Shown: positions 37,901 through 50,125, numbered from the whole stretch's first letter. The stretch is 63,572 nucleotides of DNA, filler included, from Reticulomyxa filosa (GCA_000512085.1; 14 parts of 14 records of this genome joined end to end with filler, not necessarily neighbours in it), one strand, 5' to 3'. The notes: a model not told the origin generated them from the sequence alone. A program made the numbers and translations.

Positions 37901-40233
37901 AAGCTGTAAATGATGTTCGGTGAGTTCTTTCAATGACATACTCTCAAATTTTTTGAATAAAAACTCAAAGTGTTCTGTGGTTAAATTGTGTGATATATCC
38001 TCCACGATTTTGCACAAGGTCTGGAGTTCATTCTCAACATCGTCTGATTTTTTTGCTGCTCTCTATTTTATTTTATTTTGGTTATTGTTGTATGCTCTGC
38101 TCTTCTCACAAATATTTAATCACACACAAAATCAAGGATATTGTGTTTGTGTTTTAATTGTAACTTCCAAAGCGCCCCAAATGATAGACAAATGATCAAG
38201 TGTTAAAGTACTATCGACACAAATAAATTTTAATATATCTGTTGCTTGTTTCATCAATTGTGGATGCGATTTTGGTCCAAACAATGTTTCCAGCAGCTTA
38301 TTTTCTTCAATCCATTTCAATAAAAATTCAACTGTTATGAATTTTAACGAACTCGAAGAAGGGTGGGCTCTTCGTGCATGTACACACACCCAAGCGATGT
38401 GTTGTACTCCGTTGACACGTCTTTCAATAGTTTGGGAGGTCAGTCGACGCAATGCCATTGCCAATTGAAAGGTTTCTGTAATTTGGGCAACCTCTTCTTC
38501 CGTCTTTTCTCTTCGCAGCAGCTCTTCCATTGATTGGACAATGCGTGTCAAAATTTCTTTTTTTAAATCACGCAACTCGACGTCGGTCATCGACTCCAAT
38601 GTTTTCCACACGCGGTCATGCAAAGGCAATATAAATGTCTGATAGGTGCGACGGGTTAAGGCTTTCACCGACTTTGCAAGGGCTGTCAAAATGAGACGCA
38701 TCGTTTTGACAGGCATGTTAGGTTTGTGGTTATCCAGACGCTCCAACAGCATCTCAAAACCTCCAGCATGACCAAATTCATTCAATGCAGCCACCACATG
38801 AAATGACACTTGCCCTAAGTCACCCTATCAAAAAAACAACAATCCAATCATAAATTACATTTTGTTATTATCTTTATGTCTGACAATACATAAAAAATAC
38901 GTAGGTTTCAAATTTGTACAGCACGCATGCACAACCAAACTCTATAAATCGCAAAAACGCCTTCATCGGTTGGATCGTCTTCGTCGTCCACTTTGGGATC
39001 CACTTCTCTGGATTGATCGGAAACACCACCGCTTGTACGCCCACCTTTTGCTTGTGTTAAAAGCTTTTGGAGACGCGAGTTATCCCTATTATTGCAATGT
39101 TTGTGTTTTATGTAATGTCTCACAAAAAAAGGTTAAATTTGTTTGACCTTCATTTGAATACAAAGGTTGCTTTTTTTTTTTTTTTGAGAGAGAGAGATGT
39201 TGTGAACTTGTTTATCCATTCGTCATATTTGTTGCTCCATTCATCATAGTTGACTTTGATGAGGTTGCACATTTCATCGGCTGCAGTCACATGACATGTA
39301 TACCATTTGCGAACACTGTCCAAACAGTCACATTGAGAATCGGCAGTCAACTCCCTTCTCCATTTTGGTAAGGTTGGCAGAAATTTCATCACTTGTGACC
39401 CCGGCGGAGCAAAGTTACGGTAATGCGAGGGTTCAAAAATGCAAGTATCAATTGCGACATCATTACCAGTACTATTGCGACGATGACGAAGCGATTGGGG
39501 GCCTATATCACATCTCAGGTCCAACACCGTGAAAGGTTGTCCTGATTGAGTTTCCAATTGTTTCACTTGCAACACTGTACCCGTCTATATTCACATGTTG
39601 CATTTTTTTTTTCCAAGGTTTATTGAGCAAAAACATTCATTACTTAACTTTCCAACGATTTTCAAAAAAGTAATCCAATTGGACATTTTCCACAATTTTT
39701 TTTCGGAATTCTTCATATTCGGCCACTTTTTCTTCATTCAAAGGCGTACCTCTTTGTTGTTTCTATTGGAGTGCGCAGTGTTTTGCACGTTTGCGTATAC
39801 GTGTATTCGCATAGAAAGTCCAACGACAAAAAAAAAACATGGGGACACACCCAATCGTGGCCATATTCTTTGTAGAACGGAGAATGTGCATTCAACGCAT
39901 GATAAAGGACTTCCATCCCTAATTCTGAATCTTCCTTTATCATCGGGGTGGCAATACGAGTAAACAAACGAGCAACCTTTTGAATTTCATCTGCCATCTC
40001 ATAGTCATACATGAAGTGTCTATCATTAAAATCAAACGTTTTTTTTCCCTTTGTTTTTTTTTTAATTGTTTAATTTCAACTTTTTTTTTATATTGTTTCC
40101 CCCTTTTTTGGTTTGCTTTTCTCAAACAAATTAAACCGATAATAACGTAAATAAATAAATAAAAACAAAGGTATGTGGTATGCTTTTTCTCTTAACGTGT
40201 GCTCTCGCTTCATTAAAAACACAATTGCACTTT
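34998..40233 (-). CDS. USP9X/USP24/USP34-type ubiquitin-specific protease, N-terminal region (both ends truncated; at least 7 exons)
   Basis: LNEFGHAGGFEMLLERL, RRVNGV, WIEENKLLETLFG..HPQLMKQ, IKERLDFLDFVL, IGVDYLWKIVL, AWKLLLRLPT, WRSKFLKKKGFEHL are typical of this USP clade; GT-AG exons near 40196-40233, 39851-40019, 39650-39762, 39208-39584, 38942-39086, 38166-38825, 34998-38062 (some boundaries approximate). The catalytic domain is not in the window. Confidence 0.8.
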
Positions 40234-40333
40234 NNNNNNNNNNNNNNNNNNNNNNNNNNNNNNNNNNNNNNNNNNNNTTAATTAATTAANNNNNNNNNNN
40301 NNNNNNNNNNNNNNNNNNNNNNNNNNNNNNNNN

Positions 40334-40722
40334 ATACGTATTTAACTCATTCAAATTTGATGTTGCACAAATTTCTCCTAATTTCTCGAGTGTATCAACA
40401 AAAATTTGACTGCAATTTTTCCATGTTTGTGATATCGTTGTTTTTTCAAGTTGATAGCCAACACTTTTGAATAATATCATCAAATGTTGTTGTTGTTGTA
40501 GATCTGTGCTATATTAAAATATTAAGATATGGAAGCAGTATTTGATATTTTTATATATTGAAAAAAAGAAAAGAAAATAATAGAAATTTGTTGTTACGTG
40601 TTTTCAGTTAGCCATGTTAAAACACTTTTTGTCTTTTCAATATCTTGCTTAAACCATTTCAATACATCTGAAATAATCTCTTCATCTATCTTAGGGAACG
40701 TTTGTTGAAGTTGTACGAGCAT
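40334..40722 (-). CDS. CUE-like domain protein, first two exons (40598-40722, up to 40508), 3' truncated
   Basis: MLVQLQQTFPKIDEEIISDVLKWFKQDIEKTKSVL has the CUE pattern LxxxFPxIDxExIxxVL; the phase-2 intron joins in frame to TDLQQQQHLMILFK. Confidence 0.55.
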
Positions 40723-41938
40723 GATAATGATGAAGTTAATTTCAAAGAGCCCTTTTTTTTTATTTTGAAACTTCAGAAACTCGACTTAAATTATTAAATG
40801 AATTTCATTATGATTTGTAATCTTATGAATTTTTGATTTTATTTGAAATAATCCAAATCTATTGCGACAATTGGACAATGATTTCTTAAGTGAAAAAACG
40901 AATTAATTTATTTAAGCAACAAGAATTGAGAGAAAACAAATTGAATGAAAATAAAAGGAATTAGAAATAGTTTAAGAAAAGTATTACTATATGCTCGTGA
41001 ATATTGTTAAATTTTTATATTAATTCATCTCTATTTTTCTTTTCATTAAAATAAATTTGTTAATTTAAACTAATAAAATAATCATTCTCTATCACTTCAT
41101 GAAATAGTATTTGCGAATAAATTACTTCTTATTATCTTTGTAAATATTATGTAATAATACATCTTTACCATTCATTTTTAATATTTTTGATATATTCATC
41201 AAGTCATTAAATATGGATCCAATGACTCTTTTGCGTATTCTATTATCAAAATTGCTCAAATGATTGGAAAGAGTTGAATTTATATGTAGTTGAAATCTAA
41301 TTTTATTATTTAAAAGAGATTGCACTACACAATTGATAATAATAAACAAAGGATTACTTGATGAATATCAGAAGAAAAGCAAGAACACAAAACCAATCAA
41401 ACTGAGATTCAAAAGACTAATGCAATTATTAAAAAATGAAAGATTATTTGAACAAGTTATGTCAATTAATCAAGTTATTTCATTGATTAATTTGTGTTAT
41501 CATTTAATCAAAGGTTTAATTTGTGTTGATCCTATTTTCCAATTTAATTGTATTAAAATGTGAATGTTGTTTTAATGATATTTGCTTTTTTATAAAAAGG
41601 AATAAATACTTTTGATAAGATAATACAATCTATTTTATTCAAAATTCGAATTTGTATTATTTGTATTTAAAATACAATTATAATTTATGGTTTACACAAT
41701 TATTCTATATAAAAAAGAAGTCCAAAATAAAATTAAATTTATCAATAATTCAAAAATTAATTTCAGATTTAGTATTTTATAAAAAAGTAAAATGACAAAT
41801 ACATGACATAAAGAGAATTTTCAATTTACAATCAATCCTAAAAAAAGGGATAGAGTTTTATTATGCACATTCATATTTATTATTCTATTTTTGACAAAAT
41901 ATGGAATTCATTTTTACATTATCAAACGTGGTCTTAAG

Positions 41939-42432
41939 AAAAAAAATGATTCAACAAATCATACAACATTTGATTCGGATATTGAAAATCAAATTAGGAT
42001 GGATTTATGAGTTTGACAAACTTGTTATCAATTATGTGAGTTCATTTGATCTTCTTTTTTTTTAAATTCAAATGTTTATTTAACATATGCATATACTGTG
42101 GAAATAGATATACAATTTGTTCTGGATCATGTGATCAAACCATTCGAACATGGGATATTGAAACAACCAAACAATTCAATTTATTCAAAGGACATTCACT
42201 TAGTGTGAGAATGTAAAATATGGATCAAATGAATTATTAAATACAATATTATCCGGATCACACGATAAAGTGTTCATATGTGTGATATTCGATCTGGTGA
42301 ACAAATTCAAGTGTTCAATGGACATACAAATTATGTATTGTCTGTTTAGTATTCACCATTTGTAATAAAGAATAATATTGGTAATTCAAATGTGACATGT
42401 TCTGTATCAAATGATAATACAATTCAATAGTT
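41939..42432 (+). pseudogene. Adaptor-module + WD40 pseudogene with a large internal deletion
   Basis: IQHLIRILKIKLGWIYEFDKLVINY|GTGAGT is followed directly by YTICSGSCDQTIRTWDIETTKQ (the first blades are missing); frameshifts and stops follow. Confidence 0.8.
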
Positions 42433-43300
42433 CTAAAAATTATAAAATACATTCCACAAATTGCGAAAGCTATTGTATTCAACAAAAAAATTATAGTAAA
42501 CTACAATTTTCAACAACAGATACTTTATTACTGAATTAGCACTACTAACAAATTGCACAACATTATCAATATCGACCCGCAATTCTGGTATTACATTTGC
42601 GTCGAGTTCCACGTCCTTGTGGAAGTTTCCTTGATTCTGCACTATTCACATTCAAAGACTTTACAAAGTTTTTTTTGTTGGCACTTTTCAAAAGGCTGTT
42701 GTTTTTTTTTTTTGAAACAGTTGATGGATTGTAATGCGCAGAAACATCAACACAATAAAGACAAGAAGAATGAAAAGGAAGAAAAAGAAACAAAAAACAA
42801 GTAGTGATGATGACTGATGTTTGAAAAAAAAAAGCAATAAAAAAGCAAATGAATACAAGAATTGTATTTCTATTACCAGTGTTGTTAATGTTGTTTTAAC
42901 TTTTTTGAAAAAAAATAAAATATAATCCATAAAAACAACAAATTCAAGGTTGAATTGATGTCTTTTTTGTTTTTTGTAAGGAGGCGAACTTATTTACTTA
43001 TTATTCAACGAATTAAATAAAATTGATAAAAATAACTTTAATTACGGGTTATGTAATCATCTAAAGAAATATCAATCCACAGCTTGTGAATCAAATTTCT
43101 TTACAATAAAGCAATTAAACTATTTCAAGTTAATTGATCAAAACATATAATTTATATAATTTATGCAATTACATATTACCAAAATATTTTTGACAACACA
43201 NNNNNNNNNNNNNNNNNNNNNNNNNNNNNNNNNNNNNNNNNNNNTTAATTAATTAANNNNNNNNNNNNNNNNNNNNNNNNNNNNNNNNNNNNNNNNNNNN

Positions 43301-43421
43301 ACTACAAGATTAGTAGATATTTAAAAAAAAAATTAGGTTTAAATATTTATTTTTCATGGAGAAAATCGATTCTCTTCATATAGTGCCATTTAGGTATGGC
43401 AGTTCTTTTTGCAATTTACTG
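43301..43421. mobile_element. MITE half copy
   Basis: Near-identical to 13076-13199; ends TTGCAATTTACTG|TA. Confidence 0.8.
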
Positions 43422-43826
43422 TATTGAATTTGTATCGTGAATTCTCTCAGCAATAAACTGAATAATTTCTTCATTATTCTCAAATTCCGACTCAACTATA
43501 ACCTGATTTCCTTCATAAAATATTTCACTTTCATTTTTTATATCAATGAATTCGCAATATAAAATGCAACATTGAAAACTACCGATTTTTCCAATGAAAA
43601 ACAACATTTGAACTAATTTTTTAAAATATAACAATTTTTTCCAAATTGCTGTAATGCTAAATTTCACCACTTACCAAGTTAAGAAAAAATCAACACAACT
43701 TTTGTGATGTATTTTTGGAATAAAATTTTTTCTTTTATAAAATGTGATTTAATTCGTAAGGAGAAATACAATTAGTTGCTTGCCTTCTTTTGAACAAAAC
43801 AAACAGGCATTTTACATATAAATGTC

Positions 43827-45002
43827 TTAATATCCCCATATTTGAATTGTGCCGTCCCAAGAACAGGTTACGATTTGACTACTATCCAATGAAACATCGA
43901 TTCCTCTTACTCTATCAGAATGTCCTTCCAGTCTCTGAAGTTCTAGTCCTGATTTCACATCCCATAGACGAACTGTCATATCATTTGAACAAGATACAAC
44001 AGTCTGACCATCCGGAAAATATTTCACCATATTCACAGGATGTGAATGTCCGTTCAATACTTTACTTCTTTTCCTGATTTCACATCCCATATTCGAATTG
44101 TTTTATCATCTGAGCAAGATACAATAAATTTGTCATCTGGAGAAAACTTTACATAAATCACAGCATTAGAATGTCCTGTTAATTCTTTTAATCTTTTACC
44201 TGATTTTACATCCCATAAAGCAATTGTGGTATCTACAGATGCTGATACGATCATTTGATTATCAAGTGAAAATTGTACACTCAATACACCTGCGGAATGA
44301 CCAGCGAATGTTTTAATTTCTTTTTCAGAGTTCACACTCCATAATCTAATTGTTTCATCAGTTGAACATGATACAATATTTTTACCGTCTGAGGAAATAC
44401 TTATACCCCATATCCAATTTGAATGCCCTTCTAATTGGATCATTTGTTTTCCGGATTCTGCATCCCATAATCGAATTGTTTCATCTGCTGAGCCTGAAAT
44501 TACTACTTGTTCATCGGGTGAAAATTCTGCAACCCTGGTCCAATTTGTGTGTCCTTCAAAAATTTGAATTTGTTTTCCTGATGCAACATTCCATATTCGA
44601 ACTGTGTTATCGTTTGACGATGAAATAACTTTGCAGCCATTCGCCGAAAGTCTTACACTGTTTATCCCACTCTTATGTCCTTTTAAGACTTTCAACAATC
44701 GAAAATATTTAGACTGTGCCCAATTATATCAAAATACATATTACATTAGATAAAATCAAATAAAATAAATGTTCTTAACATAATTGAAAACAAGCTTGTT
44801 AAAATCATTGATCCATCCCAATTTAATGTTTAACACTCGAACCCAATGTTGAACAATGATTTGGATATCTTCTTCTGGCTATTCAATTACAATCACATAC
44901 AATAAATAAAAAAGTGCAGTAAAAATTTTTAGAAAATCCTTGAAATGAAGTTACCAATGCTAATCGATTTGCAGAATTTTTTTCATTAATAAGAGTAGTC
45001 AT
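43827..45002 (-). CDS. Adaptor-module + 7-bladed WD40 protein (FSPDG type); exons 44955-45002, 44780-44878, 43827-44713; 1-nt frameshift near 44062
   Basis: The 99-nt exon encodes PEEDIQIIVQHWVRVLNIKLGWINDFNKLVFNY. ORFs 44054-44698 and 43827-44090 join if one A is restored in GTAAAGTATTG (sequencing error or young pseudogene). Confidence 0.85.
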
Positions 45003-45699
45003 CCTTTTAACTTCTTCGTCTTTTCTTAGATTGTTCGATGAAGGCGAGAAAATGTTCAACTTTTTTTCTCAAGTTCAATTAAGGGACAGGCAAAATCTTT
45101 GTGATATGAAAATTAAATTCGGCAGTATCTGTAACTTCATTAAAAAGTTTGAAAAAGTTTAAAAAATGTGAAATGAGCCATGACTGTGTAGTGACACTAC
45201 TTACGTCGCAATGGAGTCATTATGACTCCAAATATTGCAATTTTCTTTTTAATTTAATTCCACAAAACTCATTTTCACTTTTCTTAAAAACGTGCTTTCC
45301 CGCTCTAGATTCTCTATAATTTTTACATTCTTGGAATGTCTATGAAAGAATGCATTATGGCATGTCTTTTCAAGAAGAAATATTTGGCTACATCTTTATA
45401 AAGTAACACGTTGGCTAACTTTCTTTTTACAATGAAGTACCTTTTCTGTTTTTTCAAGACAGACAAATCTGGAACATATCTTAGATTTCAATATATCCAA
45501 ATTTGTCAAATCAAAGATCCAAGAAACCCACCAAAAAATGGTTAATTTTCGTTCCACCATTTCTAGAATCAGACTGAGTCAAGAAACAACTTATCAATAC
45601 TACAATCAAATTTTCAGTAGCGTAGCATGATGGAATTCAATAGAAATGTATCTGAGTATTCGATGAACGCACAACAATCGTATAAAAATTTACCTGATA

Positions 45700-45802
45700 C
45701 AGTAGGATAAAAAAGAAAGTTGACACCTAAAATGCTCCTTGTAGAGATTGTTGTGTTTCTCCATGAAAAAACAACATTTAATCAAAATTTTAAAAAAATA
45801 TC
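45700..45802 (+). mobile_element. Divergent MITE left arm
   Basis: TA|CAGTAGG...CACCTAAAA...TTTCTCCATGAAAAAACAACATTTA...AAAAAAATATCT parallels the 49785 arm. Confidence 0.6.
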
Positions 45803-45863
45803 TTGTTTGTCCTTTTTCTTCCAAAAAGGTTTTAAAAAAAAACTAGCAAAAAATAAAAAGATC

Positions 45864-46268
45864 ATGTCCTCCTTGTCAACTGCAGAAAGAGAAAAACACA
45901 AGGCACAATAATCAAACGTACAAAGGAGACATTGGCATATGAGAACAAATTGCTGAAAGTGTATTTTGACGAAGTGAAGTTTACCAACGGGAACTACAAC
46001 CGCATCGTGGAATCGGACCTGGATGGCACAATGGTGCTACCAGTGTCCGAGGACGGTAAGATAGCTATTTCTTGGCCAGAAATATCGTCAACGTCGACAA
46101 AAATGACCACGAATACAAATACCTTAAAACACGCGACGATGAAATTTCAAAAAAAAATCACGTTTGTCACTCGTCAAGAGCTGCCTTCTTTGATCACTGC
46201 GAAAGAAGTGTTGATTTTTTCACCATTGCCGCTTTGCAATTGGCCACTAAAATTATTTTCAAAATAAT
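45864..46268 (+). pseudogene. NUDIX hydrolase (ADP-ribose pyrophosphatase/NudF-like) pseudogene lacking the Nudix box
   Basis: YENKLLKVYFDEVKFTNG.YNRIVE...VLPVSEDGKI (NudF-like N-terminus) jumps to FLARN...DDEI...ELPSLITAKEV/DFFTIAALQL (NudF-like C-terminus) across frameshifts. Confidence 0.6.
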
Positions 46269-47239
46269 GGTCCCCCTTTTTTTTAAAAAATTTTACCAAG
46301 CTTTTTAAAGTTTTTTTTTTGTAAAAAAAAATTTCAACCAAATTGTTTTGAAGGAATTTCCAACTTTATATTTATTCACGAAATCCAACAAATACTTAAC
46401 TATTTGGTTTTTTAACAAAAACTGCCTATTGAGAAACTTCAAACAGGGAATTATTGGTGTACAAATAACATTGGCACATTTTTTTGCCTGAATATACGAA
46501 TTTCCATATTCGTGAATATGAATACACAAAAAATCTTTTTTTAAACTTGAATAAGTTTTTGAAAAACTCGAGAATGCTCTTATAGTTTTAGTTCGAGTGC
46601 GAAAAGGGATTGTGTGCACGCATTCATAAAAAAAATGTACGGATTGGATATTTCTGTGCAAGTCAACAGACTCAAAGAACACATTTTGAGTGTAAAATGG
46701 CTTACATTATTCACTAACGCAATGTAAAATTTCATTAATGTATTTATGTCTTGTAATAGCCACTTTTTAAACAATTTGGTTCAAAAAATGGCAAAATTGT
46801 AATCTCTATCAATTGTTGGTAAATTAATAGCTTTGCATTATCTTTTTGAGACTTTTTTTTTTATGTCGTACATGAAGAAGTACATTGGGAAAAAAAATTA
46901 CTCAACAATCAAATTTTCTTGAAATGGACTAAAAACTATTTTTAATGCGAGATTTTCANNNNNNNNNNNNNNNNNNNNNNNNNNNNNNNNNNNNNNNNNN
47001 NNTTAATTAATTAANNNNNNNNNNNNNNNNNNNNNNNNNNNNNNNNNNNNNNNNNNNNAAATATTCAGAAAAATTACTGCTGCTAGCCTTTTTTTCTCTT
47101 GTCCGCAAAGCAAAAACATACCTCAAATTAATACTGTTTTTATCGCTCCAAAGAAAATAGTTGCAATATCCAACAAGAGTATTTGTTTGTCAAATTATTT
47201 TTCAAAATTGAAATGCATTTGTTTTTTTTAATAATTTCT

Positions 47240-47880
47240 ATTTTAGCAAAATTCCAACAACAAATTGTTTCAGACATATGGAATTTATTTGATGGAAATG
47301 CTGACGAGACAAAGGCTATTCTGATTTTGATTGCAGAAAACACATTGCCGAGAATTCTTTGCTTTTTTTTAAATATAAACGTAAATATCATTGTAGCATC
47401 TTTAATAAGCGTATTTGAATGCAAAAAAGGTTTGGAACAAAAAAAGAAAGTTAAAAGAACAGCAATATTAGATCAGCCAATTTTATCTTAAAATGCAGAC
47501 GAAAGCACTAGAAAGTTATTTAAATTACTACAACGAGCTAAACATCTATGGAATATACATTCATTACTGTTGAGGAAAGGACGAACTTAAACATCATCAA
47601 CATGAAATGTGATAGATTTAAATAAGAAAAATAACTTTAAAATTTTAATGAAAATGTTCTTGAATATATTATGAAACATTTTGAAACAACATAAACATAT
47701 AAAATTAGAAATAAGAGTTTATACAACAATTTGCAATCCAAATGCAATCACTTAAGTGGAAGTGTGGATAATATTGAAGACACGATACGTCCATTTACAA
47801 CAATTTAAATTTGAAATAAAAGGTGACAATGTTTGGAATTACCCAATGACGATATGAAACTATTACAACATGTACCAATA
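47240..47880 (+). pseudogene. Degenerate paralogue of the CUE-like gene at 40334-40722
   Basis: QQIVSDIWNLFDGNADETKAILILIAENT aligns with EEIISDVLKWFKQDIEKTKSVLTWLTENT; downstream frames are broken. Confidence 0.45.
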
Positions 47881-48569
47881 AATATTTTTAATATGTGTGT
47901 TTATTTTGTTATAACAAACAAAATGATGTAAAACGTTTATTTTGTCAATAAATATTAAAAATAAATGATGATGGACGATATTTACAAACATCTTCCTCAT
48001 TACCCAATTATTCAAGTAAATTGAAAAATATACTCTTTCTTCATTGCACCTTACAACGCCCATTAGTATTGAAAGATCTAGTTTATCGGAGAGTGTTCCA
48101 TTTTAAGAAAAAATTATTTGATCATGCATACAAACTTCAAATTGTTCAAAACATGTCGGAATTCCATATAACACGAAACAATGAATTACAAAAGTATATT
48201 TGATCTGATCCCTAAAAAGCTACGATAAACAGGTAAAAAATATTAAATAAATTGAAGATATTGTATCATAATGATATCATAAACATATGGAATATCCTCT
48301 TCGATTACATCAAATTTGTGCAATTTTATGCTAATAAATCACGTAATAATCAATTCAGCGTTGATCAGATTGCATTTAAACACTTCAACCACTGTCTTAA
48401 GGTCAGCCATACCGTGAAGTATAATCAGACAAGCCCCTGTAAGTTCCAAATGACACTTTAGTTGTATCTACCTTTGAGGTAGTACTGAAGTCTATTAATT
48501 CAATGCTCCCTTACCTTATACAAATTTTCATGTACCACACTTTTTTTAATTTTTTTACACTGTTCGAAA

Positions 48570-48690
48570 GCTAAAAAAAAGCAAAGGAAGAGAAAAGCAA
48601 AAAAAAATGTTACATTTAGCGGCTCCTGAAGGCGCCGCCTGATTTAACTTTTTCTTTTTTGCTTTTACCTTACTTTGCTTTTTTTAAAAA
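48570..48690. repeat. Hairpin repeat, family 2
   Basis: AAAAAAAAGCAAAG..AAAAGCAAAAAA..GCGGCTCC-TGAA-GGCGCCGC..TTTTTTGCTTTT..CTTTGCTTTTTTT imperfect palindrome of about 120 bp. Confidence 0.7.
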
Positions 48691-49373
48691 TAGTTTACTT
48701 ATACCCCTCTTATGTGCGGCAGCTCAAAATTTAGCTTTTTTTTTTTGTCAATACATTCGTTGATGTTTAATGTAAAATGTCTTAACTATTTTCATTGGTA
48801 CAATTGTTATAAGTGCTTCATTAGTAAAATTAAAGTGATAATGTTTTGTGATTACAAAATAACCAGACTAAAGAAAAGTTAATACGAAATAAACGAGATC
48901 ATCATTGATATATCTGAGATGATCCTAGCAAAAACATAATTAGTCAAAAAGTAGTAAAAAAGTAAGCTAAAAACTTTAATGTAACAATTATGCTACATTT
49001 CAACTGTTTTTAAAAGTTTTTGTTAAAATTGTGGAGATACCATATCCAGAAAAATAAGAAATACATTTGCTTGTATCCTAATGATGTAACATTTGATTTC
49101 ACTTTTGTCGATAAGTGGCTATTATTATAACTTTTTCTGTAGAAGAAAGACTTGCAATTTTCTATTGCTTTGACAAATTTGATCTATTTTTGTATCTCTT
49201 TTTACACTTGAAATGAGTACTAACTAGACTTTCCCTTGCTTCTCGAATAACTTCTCTTTCGATTTCTTTATTATATATTATCTTATTCATCATCCATAAT
49301 ATGTATGCGTACCAATACTTTAAAAAACATTGTATATTGGCTTCCATTTTTTCACATGCCAAAAGTACCACAT

Positions 49374-49510
49374 ATGCTCTTCTACTAGATTCGCTTCTAC
49401 TCCATGCGCTTCTGCTGGATTCGCTTCTGTTCGACCCGCTTCTGCTCCATGCGCTTTTGTTCGATGCGCTTCAAGTCGATTAGCTTCTGTTCGATTCGCT
49501 TCTGCTCCAT
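49374..49510. repeat. 15-bp minisatellite, about 9 units (TCTGyTCsATkCGCT-like)
   Basis: Units TCTACTAGATTCGCT, TCTACTCCATGCGCT, TCTGCTGGATTCGCT, TCTGTTCGACCCGCT and so on. Confidence 0.85.
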
Positions 49511-49784
49511 AAAAGTATTTTTCAAGCACACAATCTAGCAATGTCTTTTTTAATTGTAAAATAAAAATCAATGAAATAATTTGGCAGTGCACTTATTCGA
49601 ATAATTTGCTAATATCAATATGCAAAATACCATACAAAAAAACAAATATGAAAAAGTTCACTATAATCTTGTTGTTAAAAGAATATCAATCACATAAACG
49701 TCACTATCATTTTGTTTTGTTGAGAATTGCTCAAACATTGCAAAATCTTTCGTATTACACTTTGTGCGATTGAAATACAAGCTA

Positions 49785-50057
49785 CATTATGTTGCAAAGA
49801 AAACTGAACACCTAAAACGATATCTTATGATAATTGATTTTCTCCATGAAAAATCAACATTTAGACCTAATTTTTTTTAAAAAAAATATCTATAAATCTT
49901 GTAGTTTTTAAATATGCTATTGGTTTTTAATAACTACAAGATTTGTAGTTATTTTTTTAAAATAAAAAATTAGGTCTAAATGTTGATTTTTCATGGAGAA
50001 ATCAATTATCATCATAAGATATCGTTTTATGCATTCAGTTTTCTTTGCAACTTACTG
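49785..50057. mobile_element. Complete 273-bp foldback MITE with TA target-site duplication (Tc1/mariner-like)
   Basis: TA|CATTATGTTGCAAAGAAAACTGAA...TTCAGTTTTCTTTGCAACTTACTG|TA; arms of about 125 bp are inverted copies around a spacer of about 25 bp; no ORF. Confidence 0.9.
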
Positions 50058-50125
50058 TATGATCTTGAATTAATTAAGATTATAATAATTGAATTTTCTA
50101 CTAGTCATAACAATTATACAGATCC

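Noticed and set aside
48400-48500. Possible 5S rRNA-like sequence (GCCATACC...AGTACT)
   Set aside because: Only two short words match; no convincing terminal helix or internal promoter boxes.
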